Source: Trichomonas gallinae
Lineage: Eukaryota
Assembly (NCBI GenBank): GCA_008369845.1
Contig: MRSU01006937.1
Location: 1 to 38,578 of the forward strand
DNA: 38,578 nucleotides
Reading direction: 5' to 3'
In this document: one piece after another, positions 1-9,166 of the stretch
Position numbering within the stretch: the first letter of the stretch is position 1
Layout of the letters: each line of letters begins with the position of its first letter
Translations under genes and position numbers: made by a program
Notes under the pieces: model-generated
What the model was told of the DNA's origin: nothing
Databases searched by the model: none
What the model saw: only the letters and a program-made list of their open reading frames with translations

Positions 1-571
1 AATATTCATTTTTAAGATCTAAAATTTTAACCATGATATATACTATATATTTGCAATATATCTATGGAAGTGCAGGGCATTCTTAAAACCATTATTTCAA
101 TATATGTTTATTAACATTAAAAATAATACATACTAAAAACTGAAAAAGAAATTCATGAAATACCGAATCAAATGCACAGGCATTTTGATAGCTCTCATTA
201 GCGTATCTATATTACTGTAATCTATTTTTAAAATGCTTAATATAAAACCTGTAAATATTATTCAGTTTATTATGTTAATAACGGAGCATTCTGTGAATAA
301 TATATTTATAACATCTATACGTATTAGCATCACACATAGTTACAAATGATATAAATTTACAATTCTAATCAAAGGATGAAAAATCTGTTTACGAGCCTAT
401 AAATCTTGAGATTATAATATACTTTCATGAATTATAAAGATATAATAATCAAAATTTCAAATTCTCGAAAAATGATAAGAAAAAAATACGAAATTAGCAA
501 AAAAAAGCTAGTCTTCATAGCAAACATACATTTAGAATGCTTGAACAAAAGCATAAATAACAAACAAACAA

Positions 572-1546
572 TTATAATTTTGGTTCATTGAAATTTTCAA
601 TGGACTGTGATTGTAAAAGAGATAAACGCGAGCTGTTGCGTCCGTAGAATGAAATATGAGACTTTGTGAGGAAGATCTTGTTGGAATCTCGAACTTTCGG
701 CTTTACGATAATATTGTAATTTGAAGCTTTCATAGCATTGTTGTTCAAACTGATATTTTCACCTCTTCCCTGCTTGAAATACGGCATATCAAGCAGTTCC
801 TGGATTGTTGCGCGCTTGTGAGTATTTACCTCCAAGCATTTGGAGATAACTTTCCTAAGTAGCAAGTTATGGATCTCATCTTCTGGATAAATGCCCGCTT
901 CAATCATTCTCTGCAATGATAATTGATCATTCGAATAAAAAGGCATCATCCTCGTTGCCATAAAGTAAAGGGTGACACCGATGGACCAAACATCTGCAAT
1001 GATTGGGTTATATTTGTCCTGGCTGAAGATTTCAGGCGCCATGTAGGTTCTTGTGCCTTTAAAAACGTGAGATATCATATGATCATCCGACAAAGTTGAA
1101 AGACCAAAGTCACCAATCTTCAATCGCCCATACTTATCAATCAAAAAATTCGCTGGTTTAATATCTGAATGAGCAATATGCCTATCATGACAAGCTTTGA
1201 CCGCGTGCAGCACGTCAAGAGAATATCTGTACAATTCTTCATCCGAAAATTCAGGTTTTTCTGCCATTAACTTGTTTAAGTCTGAGGGGCAAAATTCAAG
1301 AAGTAAATATACAAAATTATTGAAAACATAATACTGATAAAGGCTAACAATGTTGGGATCGTAAAGGTTCTTCATACATTCAATCTCTGCCTCGTTAAAC
1401 ATGTTTTTCGGAATCTTCTTTAATGCGAAATCAGTTTGATATTTGTTCGAATGTACAAGATAAATGACACCGTACCCACCTTTTGCAATGGAATCTATCA
1501 CGTGGAGACCCACAGATTCAAGAAATTCCACTTCAGAAGGATCCAT
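572..1546 (-). CDS. Ser/Thr protein kinase, CAMK-type, non-RD (paralog 1 of tandem trio)
   Basis: 324-aa ORF with IAKGGYG loop, FALKK, HSDIKPAN, DFG, GT..YMAPE and DVWSIG motifs. Confidence 0.95.
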   Translation of the reverse strand: MDPSEVEFLESVGLHVIDSIAKGGYGVIYLVHSNKYQTDFALKKIPKNMFNEAEIECMKNLYDPNIVSLYQYYVFNNFVYLLLEFCPSDLNKLMAEKPEFSDEELYRYSLDVLHAVKACHDRHIAHSDIKPANFLIDKYGRLKIGDFGLSTLSDDHMISHVFKGTRTYMAPEIFSQDKYNPIIADVWSIGVTLYFMATRMMPFYSNDQLSLQRMIEAGIYPEDEIHNLLLRKVISKCLEVNTHKRATIQELLDMPYFKQGRGENISLNNNAMKASNYNIIVKPKVRDSNKIFLTKSHISFYGRNSSRLSLLQSQSIENFNEPKL

Positions 1547-2421
1547 AAATTTATCGAAAAAAAAAAATCAAACGATAATTTTGTAAATTTTTGAAAATAA
1601 TTGAATACGAATTTTCACTCCTCTCTCAATTTTTGATACAAAACTTTAATAATTTTCTTCATCCTTCATAGTTATATTTACAAGTTCACTGAGAAAAAAA
1701 TTCATAGAAAAGATATAAATGCTCTACTATAATAGAGAATCAAAAATATTGCGATTCATTTACATCAGCTCTTTTCAAAAAAATTGTTAATACACATTTA
1801 ATTTTATTCCGTGATCCTCTCTTATGTTTTATTGCATATATCAATATTAAAACGTTCATTTTGTATTTTACCAAAAATTATATATTTATGATCTATAACA
1901 TATATAAACACTATAAACTATAAAATTATTTCAAAAAAACTCATATTTAAATTTTTTGTTTGGTTCTCAGAAACGTAATTTTTTTTGAAAAAGCTTATGT
2001 ATTCAATTTATGTTGGAATTTTCATGCAGCATAACTGGTTACTAGTGTTTTTTTCAAATTTAATTTCTATTGTATTTTTTTCCCAATTTTTTATAATTGT
2101 ATACCATTAATAACTAGTGAAAGGCGAAAATATCCAAAAATCAAAGTAGTTTGGCCAGCTATTTTCTATCAGATTTCCTAAAAAAGTCACGTTCGGCCCA
2201 ATCGCGTGAATAATCTATTATATATAATCTATATAAGCTATTTATGTAATCACTCCAATACATTTCCAGTTCGGAAACTTATCAAAAGATATTATTTTTT
2301 CTCACAGTACATTTTTTATGCTCCTGCGCGCTGAAATATTTATATATTTGAAAGTTATATATCAATAACAACATTTAAGGGTCTAAAAACAAATTAAATG
2401 AAATAATTTATAAAATTCGAA

Positions 2422-3384
2422 CTAATTGTTGCCTAACTTGAATTTTTCACTTGATCGGGATAAAGCATTAAGACATTGAATTGACGAAGACCGAGTACCA
2501 TGCTTATCAAGTGATGGCCTGAGATTTATCAAAGATCTTCTTTTCATCAGTGATGCTTTCTGCTGTAGGTTACGTGCCTTAGGAGATGTTGGATCGTCCT
2601 GTTTCTGCCGATTAACGAAAGGCATAGCTAATAATTCATCAATATCTGCTCTTTCATTTGGATCAACTACTAAACATCTCTGTATTAAATCAAGCAAGTC
2701 TTGATTTTCTATTAAGTTTTTGTTATAGTCTAAGTTATTCACCAAGTCTTTGAGTGTTTCATTATCTTGTGCGAAAAATGGAAAAGTTTTTGTTGCAAGA
2801 TAGAAAATCGTTACACCCAATGCCCATATGTCTGCCTTAAGAGGGTTGTATTCCTTTCTCTTGAATATTTCTGGTGACATGAAAATTGACGTGCCTTTGA
2901 ATATTGTTGATTTCGGTTGATCGGAGTATATCGTGGACATACCAAAGTCACTAATCTTTACTCTATCATACTTATCTAGTAGGAAATTCGAGGGTTTGAT
3001 ATCGCAATGCGCTATTTTCCGATCGTGGCAAGCTTTAACACCCAGTAAACAATCTCTTATATATTTTGAAAGTTCCTCAGTGGAAAATGATTTCTTGACG
3101 TGCAATAGTTTTTCTAAATCGTTTGGACAATATTCCATTAACATGTATACGAATGAATCAAAGTCGAAAAAATTATATAACATAACTATATGCGGATCAT
3201 CAATTGTTTTTAAGCATTCCAGTTCTGATTCTTTGAACATTTCTTTTGGAATTGTTTTAATAGCGAAATTTGTATTGTATTTATGGGAGAACATCAAATA
3301 AATCACTCCATATCCGCCATTTGCAATGACAGATTTGAATTCTAATCCCTGTGTCGCGAAGAATTCGATGTCTTTTCTATCCAT
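2422..3384 (-). CDS. Ser/Thr protein kinase, CAMK-type, non-RD (paralog 2)
   Basis: IANGGYG, FAIK, HCDIKPSN, DFG, FMSPE and DIWALG motifs. The track start at 3387 is TTG; the ATG is at 3384. Confidence 0.95.
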   Translation of the reverse strand: MDRKDIEFFATQGLEFKSVIANGGYGVIYLMFSHKYNTNFAIKTIPKEMFKESELECLKTIDDPHIVMLYNFFDFDSFVYMLMEYCPNDLEKLLHVKKSFSTEELSKYIRDCLLGVKACHDRKIAHCDIKPSNFLLDKYDRVKISDFGMSTIYSDQPKSTIFKGTSIFMSPEIFKRKEYNPLKADIWALGVTIFYLATKTFPFFAQDNETLKDLVNNLDYNKNLIENQDLLDLIQRCLVVDPNERADIDELLAMPFVNRQKQDDPTSPKARNLQQKASLMKRRSLINLRPSLDKHGTRSSSIQCLNALSRSSEKFKLGNN

Positions 3385-4255
3385 CAAAAATTTTGATAAA
3401 TATAATCATAATTATAGCTGTATATTCATCTGGTGGATTTTACCGAAAATTTATTTTCCAGAAAAGAATTTTCAATGAAAAATAATCGTAAAAATATCCA
3501 ACTTTTGTGATATTTACAATCAAAACTCTCGAAACTTTAGAAACTGGATAAGCAGACAATTTTATATCTATAACACAAAATATTTTGAATAAATATCAAA
3601 TCGCGAATAATTTTGATGATTTTAGACTCCTTATTTTTCATTATGGCTGAAAAACTTACTCTTATCCTAAAAACGAATTCTTTTGATCTCAAAATCGATT
3701 ATTAATCCAAAAATAAGATTTTCAAAATCTATATCATATAAAGATTATAAATATAAAATAAAAATTTTCTGAGAATTTTCTCCGTCAAAAATTTATTTCT
3801 CATGCATTATGTTATATAATGGATATAAAAATAAAAACATTTTCATTCAAAAATCAATTTTTTGAAAAGATAATAAGTTCTTTTAGTTCTTTATATCATA
3901 ACGAATATAAATTTAAAATTTTCCAGAAATATTAATTCACAAAAAATAAAAAACCTGTAATTTGTTATCACTATTCATTAAATATCATGGACAATAAAAA
4001 ATTTCCGATATATCCGAATTAATTTTTTTATTATATCGGAGTTATTCGACTGTCAAGCTAAATATGACATTTATACATTGTAGGTATTAAAAATCAAAAT
4101 CCTTTTCAGTTACTTTTCGTATTATTTTGATCGATAAAATATATCACAGGGATTATGTTTCTAATCTCAAATATAAATAGAGTTACGTATAGATAATCAA
4201 AAATCAATGTGTAACCGGTTCAAATATAATTTTTAATTTAATAAACAAACATTAT

Positions 4256-5215
4256 TCAAAGCTGAAATGTTTCTGTGGATTTAGAGCATGCAGTCAACAA
4301 GGAAATCCTTGAAGGCCTTAAACTCTGCAATGACAACAAAGTATGAGAAGCAACACTAGAATTCCTATGTTTTTTGAGTTTTCTTGATTCAGCACCAGAA
4401 AAGCTCGAAGAAAACGAGAGACAGTCATGTGGCTCGATGAATTGCTGGAAATAAGGATGTTCAAGCAGTTCTGTTAATTTAGCCCTTCCCTCTGGCTTAT
4501 ATACGAGGCATTTAGCGATCAACTTAGCTAACAACCTATCAGCGATGCAGTCATCGCAGTAAATTCCCCTTTCGATCTGTCTGCGTAAATTTCCAATATC
4601 TTCGGCATCAAATGGGTAGCATCCTGAAACGAAGTGGTAAATTGTAACACCCAATGACCATATATCAGCTTGCATTGGATTAAACTCTCTTCTGTAGAAT
4701 ATTTCAGGAGCCATGTAATGTTTTGTTCCGCCAAACTCCAGAATTGATTTATTGTCCTTAAGTATTTTGGAAAGACCAAAATCAGCGATTTTTACACGTC
4801 CATACTGATCTATTAAGAAGTTTGAAGGTTTAATATCACAATGTGCAATATTTCTATCATGACAAGCTTTAACAGCAGATATAGCCTCATATATGTATTG
4901 AGAAGCTTGCTTTGGTGATAAATTATATCTATTTTTGAATACTGTTTCGAGATCGTTTGTGCATAACTCCATTAGAAGGTACATATCGCTATTGTATATT
5001 GCTGTTTTATATAAACTAACTATCCTAGGATCATCTATCTGCATTAAACAGTCTATTTCCGTAAACTTAAACTGATTCATTGGAATTTTCTTTAAAGCGA
5101 AATATCTTTTGTATTTAAACGAATAAACCTTGAAAACTGTTCCATAAGCTCCATGCGAAATAGTTCCCATACATTCTAGTCCTTCTTGAGCAAGGAAATC
5201 AGCTTCAGGTTCCAT
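4256..5215 (-). CDS. Ser/Thr protein kinase, CAMK-type, non-RD (paralog 3)
   Basis: ISHGAYG, FALKK, HCDIKPSN, DFG, YMAPE and DIWSLG motifs. The track start at 5239 is TTG; the first ATG at 5215 (MEPEADFL) aligns with the paralog N-termini. Confidence 0.95.
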   Translation of the reverse strand: MEPEADFLAQEGLECMGTISHGAYGTVFKVYSFKYKRYFALKKIPMNQFKFTEIDCLMQIDDPRIVSLYKTAIYNSDMYLLMELCTNDLETVFKNRYNLSPKQASQYIYEAISAVKACHDRNIAHCDIKPSNFLIDQYGRVKIADFGLSKILKDNKSILEFGGTKHYMAPEIFYRREFNPMQADIWSLGVTIYHFVSGCYPFDAEDIGNLRRQIERGIYCDDCIADRLLAKLIAKCLVYKPEGRAKLTELLEHPYFQQFIEPHDCLSFSSSFSGAESRKLKKHRNSSVASHTLLSLQSLRPSRISLLTACSKSTETFQL

Positions 5216-5774
5216 ATAAAAATATTCGAAAAAATTCAAAAAGTTTAGAAAATCAAAAAATCGAGATTTGTTATCTATACATTTAAATAAGATATGTTTA
5301 ATTTAGTGGCTAGCTTATTCAATTTTGGTTAATCACATAAATATTATGATTGATGTGATGTTAAATATTTTTAAGCGGATTTTTCTTTGACGAAGTAAAT
5401 ATTTGAAAAGCGGAATTTTTACATCAAAGAATAAAATATGAAAAATAATGTTAATACAACATAGCACAGAAAAATAATTGATTTAAAATTGAATAGAGAG
5501 TACGTTTGAAAATTGCGAACAAATGAATTTTTTATAGTTTGGAATCCAACAATTACATTGTTCTAAATCTAATTACAGAAAATATTTTTTCTATTACTAC
5601 AGTAACTTACCATATTATTCATCTGTATCATATATAGATAGTATTCGATATGGAAACGATACATAGAAAATTTATTTTTCTGTATTAAAAATTGACATTC
5701 GAAAAATTGAATAAGTTTGTTGACCAAGTTTAATCCTTAACCATTACTATCTAAACAACAAAATCATGAAAAGA

Positions 5775-5923
5775 TTTTTTTTTTTTTTTTTTTTTTTCGC
5801 GCATCCAAATTTAAGCAATACGATTATTTGTAAATTAAACATATCCTTATGTTTTGGTAAACTAATACGTTGATGATTAACACGTATTTTTATGAAAATG
5901 AAAAAAAAAAAAAAAAAAAAAAA
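5775..5923. repeat. T23 tract (5775-5797) and A23 tract (5901-5923) in inverted arrangement
   Basis: Direct count of both homopolymers. T23-C and G-A23 form 24-bp perfect inverted arms. GAAAATG flanks the A tract on both sides. Confidence 0.85.
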
Positions 5924-6389
5924 GAAAATGTTAAAATTTACAGTCTGGGCGATAAATATTCTCCACCACTCACTAACATATATTCATATATGTCTATTGT
6001 ACCTATCTCATTAATATGAACAAAATCCTTCTACTATTTATTCTTTGCGCACAAATTCTTGAATATGTTCAACAAAATCATCTTTATATATGAATCAAGC
6101 TGGAGTTAAAGTATTGTATCATAGACAATTATATAATGGTATATATAGTATAAGTATGTCAATGATATGCAAGGTTTTTATAGCTGTAATATTAAGTTAT
6201 AACTGTAATAAAGAGGTCGTGAATTATGATTTTTTATTTCTGGTATTTTGGCTTTTATTTTTATATTATCATTAATATCAATGCCTTCTTAATTAATATT
6301 ATACAATTTTGTATTTAGAGGCCATGTTTTTAGCACAAAATGATTTTGTCAAAAAAAAAGTTTTTTTTTCATGATATACAAACAAATTT

Positions 6390-8408
6390 TTAATGATATT
6401 TTTGATATCTATTTCTAGGCAGTTTCGGCATTATTGAGCGGCTAGGCTTTGTCGATATCTTTGCACTAGGCTTAGCTGTTGGAAGACCGCTTGTCATCTG
6501 TCTCGGCTTCGTTAAAATCATTATTCTCTTTTCTAAGTCAGCCAATCTCATTTGCAGTCTGTTTATTGGCTCCTGTGAATCGTTTATCTGCTGCTCCATC
6601 TTTAATATTGCCTCTTTATATCTCCTTGATGTTTCTTGTGCTTCTACTTCGAGTTTCGCGTTTCTTCCTCTTTGTTCACTTGTTTCTGGTCCATTTATAT
6701 TGGCATCATTCGCTATTATTTCTTTCAGTTTTTGTTCTAGTATTGAGTTCTCAGACATTATGTCTCTCTGCTCTTTATGTATGCCTTGGATTTTCGATAT
6801 CATCATTTTCAGTTGCGAAGCATATGCTTTGACATCTGAATTCAAGATTTTCTGTGGTTGTGTTGGATTCTTAAAGGCTCTGTCTATTTCTCTGAGTCTT
6901 GCTTTAAGCTCTAAGTTCTTTTTCTTCTCTTCTTGGATTCTGATTTTTAGACTTTTCTTTGTTTCGAAGAGTTTTCGCAGTCTGATATGATCGGGATTTG
7001 ACGCAGATGCAATTGCGTCGCCCATGTACCACTTAAATTGCGTCTGCATCCTCTCCATCATCTGGCCGAGTCTCTCATTAGGTTCTTGTATTAATGAGCC
7101 GATGTCTGATGCTCCAAACATTATAAGTGAGTTCATCAATGTCAAAAGTTTTCTTGATATATCTGACAAATGTTTTTCATCTTCTGTATATTCTTTCTCT
7201 GGCTTCTGTTCAACTTGTTCTTCAGGCTCCATATCTATTTCTTCCTCCTCTTCTTCCTGCTTCTTTTCTAGCTCAATTTGAGTTGATTCTTCAGCTTTTT
7301 GAGCTTCGAAATCTTCGAAATCATCAGAGAAATCTTCTTCTGGCTCAGGAGGCTGATATGGCTTAGCGTTTGTCTCTGTCAGGAAGAATCCAACTTGGTT
7401 AGACTCTTTTTCAGGTTCTTCACGTGTTTCTTCTGGTTTTTCTTCGACTTTTTCTTCTTCGTGATGAATTTCTTCGATTTTTTCTTCAGCCTTTAGTTTT
7501 TCTTCTGGTTTTGGTTCAGGTTCCTTTGGCTCTGGCTCATCATCGAATGATTCGAAGTCGTCTGTGAATGTTTGGTTCTTTGGAATTTCAATTTTTGGTG
7601 GAGGCTGTGAAACTTTAACAGGAATCTTCGTTTTATTCTGTTTTGGAGGTTCTGGCTTGGTTTCTACCTTCGGTAGAGGTTTAGATTCAACTTTCGGTTT
7701 AACAATTTTTGGTTTTTCCTCAATTTTCGGCTTTGGCGGAGGTTCTGCGTTTTCATCTGATATGAAGTCATCGTCGAACTCGTCTTTCTCTGGTTCAGAG
7801 GAATTCGTTTCTGTTGGAACTTTAGAAGCTGTTGTTAAATTTGGTTTCGTAATTTTTTCTTTAATTTCTCCTTTGAAGTCAAAATCTGTTGTCTCGGGAG
7901 GAGGGGAATTTGTAGCTGTTGGTGTTTTAGATGTTTTATTGGAATTTTGATTAACAAGTTTTTGCTTAATTTCTTCATTGAAATCGAGTTCAAGATTCTC
8001 AGGAGGAGGGGAATTTGTAGCTGTAGGAACTTTAGACGAAGGTTTTGAATTTGTTGTTGAATTTGTCTTTGTATTTGTTTTAGATGGTATATGCTCCGGT
8101 TCATCTTCAATTACGAAATCATCAATTTCTGGTGCAGGAGATGCTGTTGCTGTTTGAATTTTAGCTGTTGGTTTTGAATGCTTTCTCGAAACAGGCTTGG
8201 ATTTCTTCGATCTCGGATCATTATCAATGACAAAATCATCTTCGAAATCATTTTCTTCATTTTCGATTTTTGGCGATTTTATTTTTTCAATTATCGTGTT
8301 TTTTACAGGCGGTTGTGGTGCCACTGTGATGCCAGTGTCAAAAGGATTGTCATCAATCCCTTCATCTAAGATAAATTCATCCCCAAATCCACCATCATCA
8401 TTTTCCAT
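6390..8408 (-). CDS. Hypothetical protein: acidic Pro/Glu/Lys-rich disordered N-terminal region, C-terminal coiled coil
   Basis: 672-aa ORF with recurrent acidic-Phe motifs (FEDDF, FDDDF, FTDDF, FSDDF). The C-terminal third is heptad-like. Confidence 0.9.
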   Translation of the reverse strand: MENDDGGFGDEFILDEGIDDNPFDTGITVAPQPPVKNTIIEKIKSPKIENEENDFEDDFVIDNDPRSKKSKPVSRKHSKPTAKIQTATASPAPEIDDFVIEDEPEHIPSKTNTKTNSTTNSKPSSKVPTATNSPPPENLELDFNEEIKQKLVNQNSNKTSKTPTATNSPPPETTDFDFKGEIKEKITKPNLTTASKVPTETNSSEPEKDEFDDDFISDENAEPPPKPKIEEKPKIVKPKVESKPLPKVETKPEPPKQNKTKIPVKVSQPPPKIEIPKNQTFTDDFESFDDEPEPKEPEPKPEEKLKAEEKIEEIHHEEEKVEEKPEETREEPEKESNQVGFFLTETNAKPYQPPEPEEDFSDDFEDFEAQKAEESTQIELEKKQEEEEEEIDMEPEEQVEQKPEKEYTEDEKHLSDISRKLLTLMNSLIMFGASDIGSLIQEPNERLGQMMERMQTQFKWYMGDAIASASNPDHIRLRKLFETKKSLKIRIQEEKKKNLELKARLREIDRAFKNPTQPQKILNSDVKAYASQLKMMISKIQGIHKEQRDIMSENSILEQKLKEIIANDANINGPETSEQRGRNAKLEVEAQETSRRYKEAILKMEQQINDSQEPINRLQMRLADLEKRIMILTKPRQMTSGLPTAKPSAKISTKPSRSIMPKLPRNRYQKYH
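7790..8040 (-). repeat. Intragenic 105-bp (35-aa) period repeat, about 2.5 copies
   Basis: GGAGGAGGGGAATTTGTAGCTGT is identical at 7897-7919 and 8002-8024. Protein units are SKVPTATNSPPPE / SKTPTATNSPPPE / SKVPTETNSSEPE. Confidence 0.85.
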
Positions 8409-9166
8409 AAAAATTTTTTAAAATACGTTACTAAAATTTTTCGAAAAATATAACCTTATTTTAAAAATTTTCAAATTCAAATCAATTTATCTCGTTATAT
8501 AAAGAAAGAAGAATAAATTTTTTTTAAACATCAGTTATATATCTATATACTCTATATCATTATGGTCAACAATTTGGAAAATCATATATTAATTTTTTTA
8601 TGAAGATTGAGCCTTAATACATATACCAAATAATAAATATATATCCATAAGTATAATAGTTAGTTTACTAGGTTTTTATCTGATATAAGGTTATCTGAAT
8701 TTCAAAAAAATGCTATATAGTTTTGGGGCTCTATTATGCTTCTAAGGTAGCGTTTACCTATTTTTCCCGCGTTTGCCATTTTTTCTTCTGACTATACTTC
8801 TATTGCATTTTTGGCTATAATTAACCTATATATCTAAATAGTTTCACTTCTTATCACAATATTAGGGAGTATTATAATATTCATGAAATATAAGTATTTA
8901 GCATGAAAACAATGATGCGAAATTTAATATCGAATATTCTACACGAAAATCGAATAAATAAGATTTAATTTCATTCACAATATTAGGGTATATAGTATAC
9001 TATCCTGTTTGCCTACTAGGTTAGCTCAGTTTTAATCATCTACGCTAGTAGACTTCAATTATTAACCTGATGGATTTTTGACAAATGTCATAAAATAGTT
9101 TTCCACATCAAAAATAAATTCATCTATTGGTTATTTCTTATATAAAATTCGCAGTAAAATAATGTT

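Noticed and set aside
6090..6275. 61-aa plus-strand ORF
   Set aside because: It is short, AT-rich and motif-free, and lies in the 3' flank of the minus-strand gene.
6479..8421. Multiple plus-strand ORFs inside the 672-aa gene, and similar ones inside the BspA, kinase and coiled-coil genes
   Set aside because: They are S/F-rich antisense shadows expected from E/K-rich coding sequence.
8862..8988. TTAGGG hexamers as telomeric repeat
   Set aside because: These are two isolated copies, not a tandem array.
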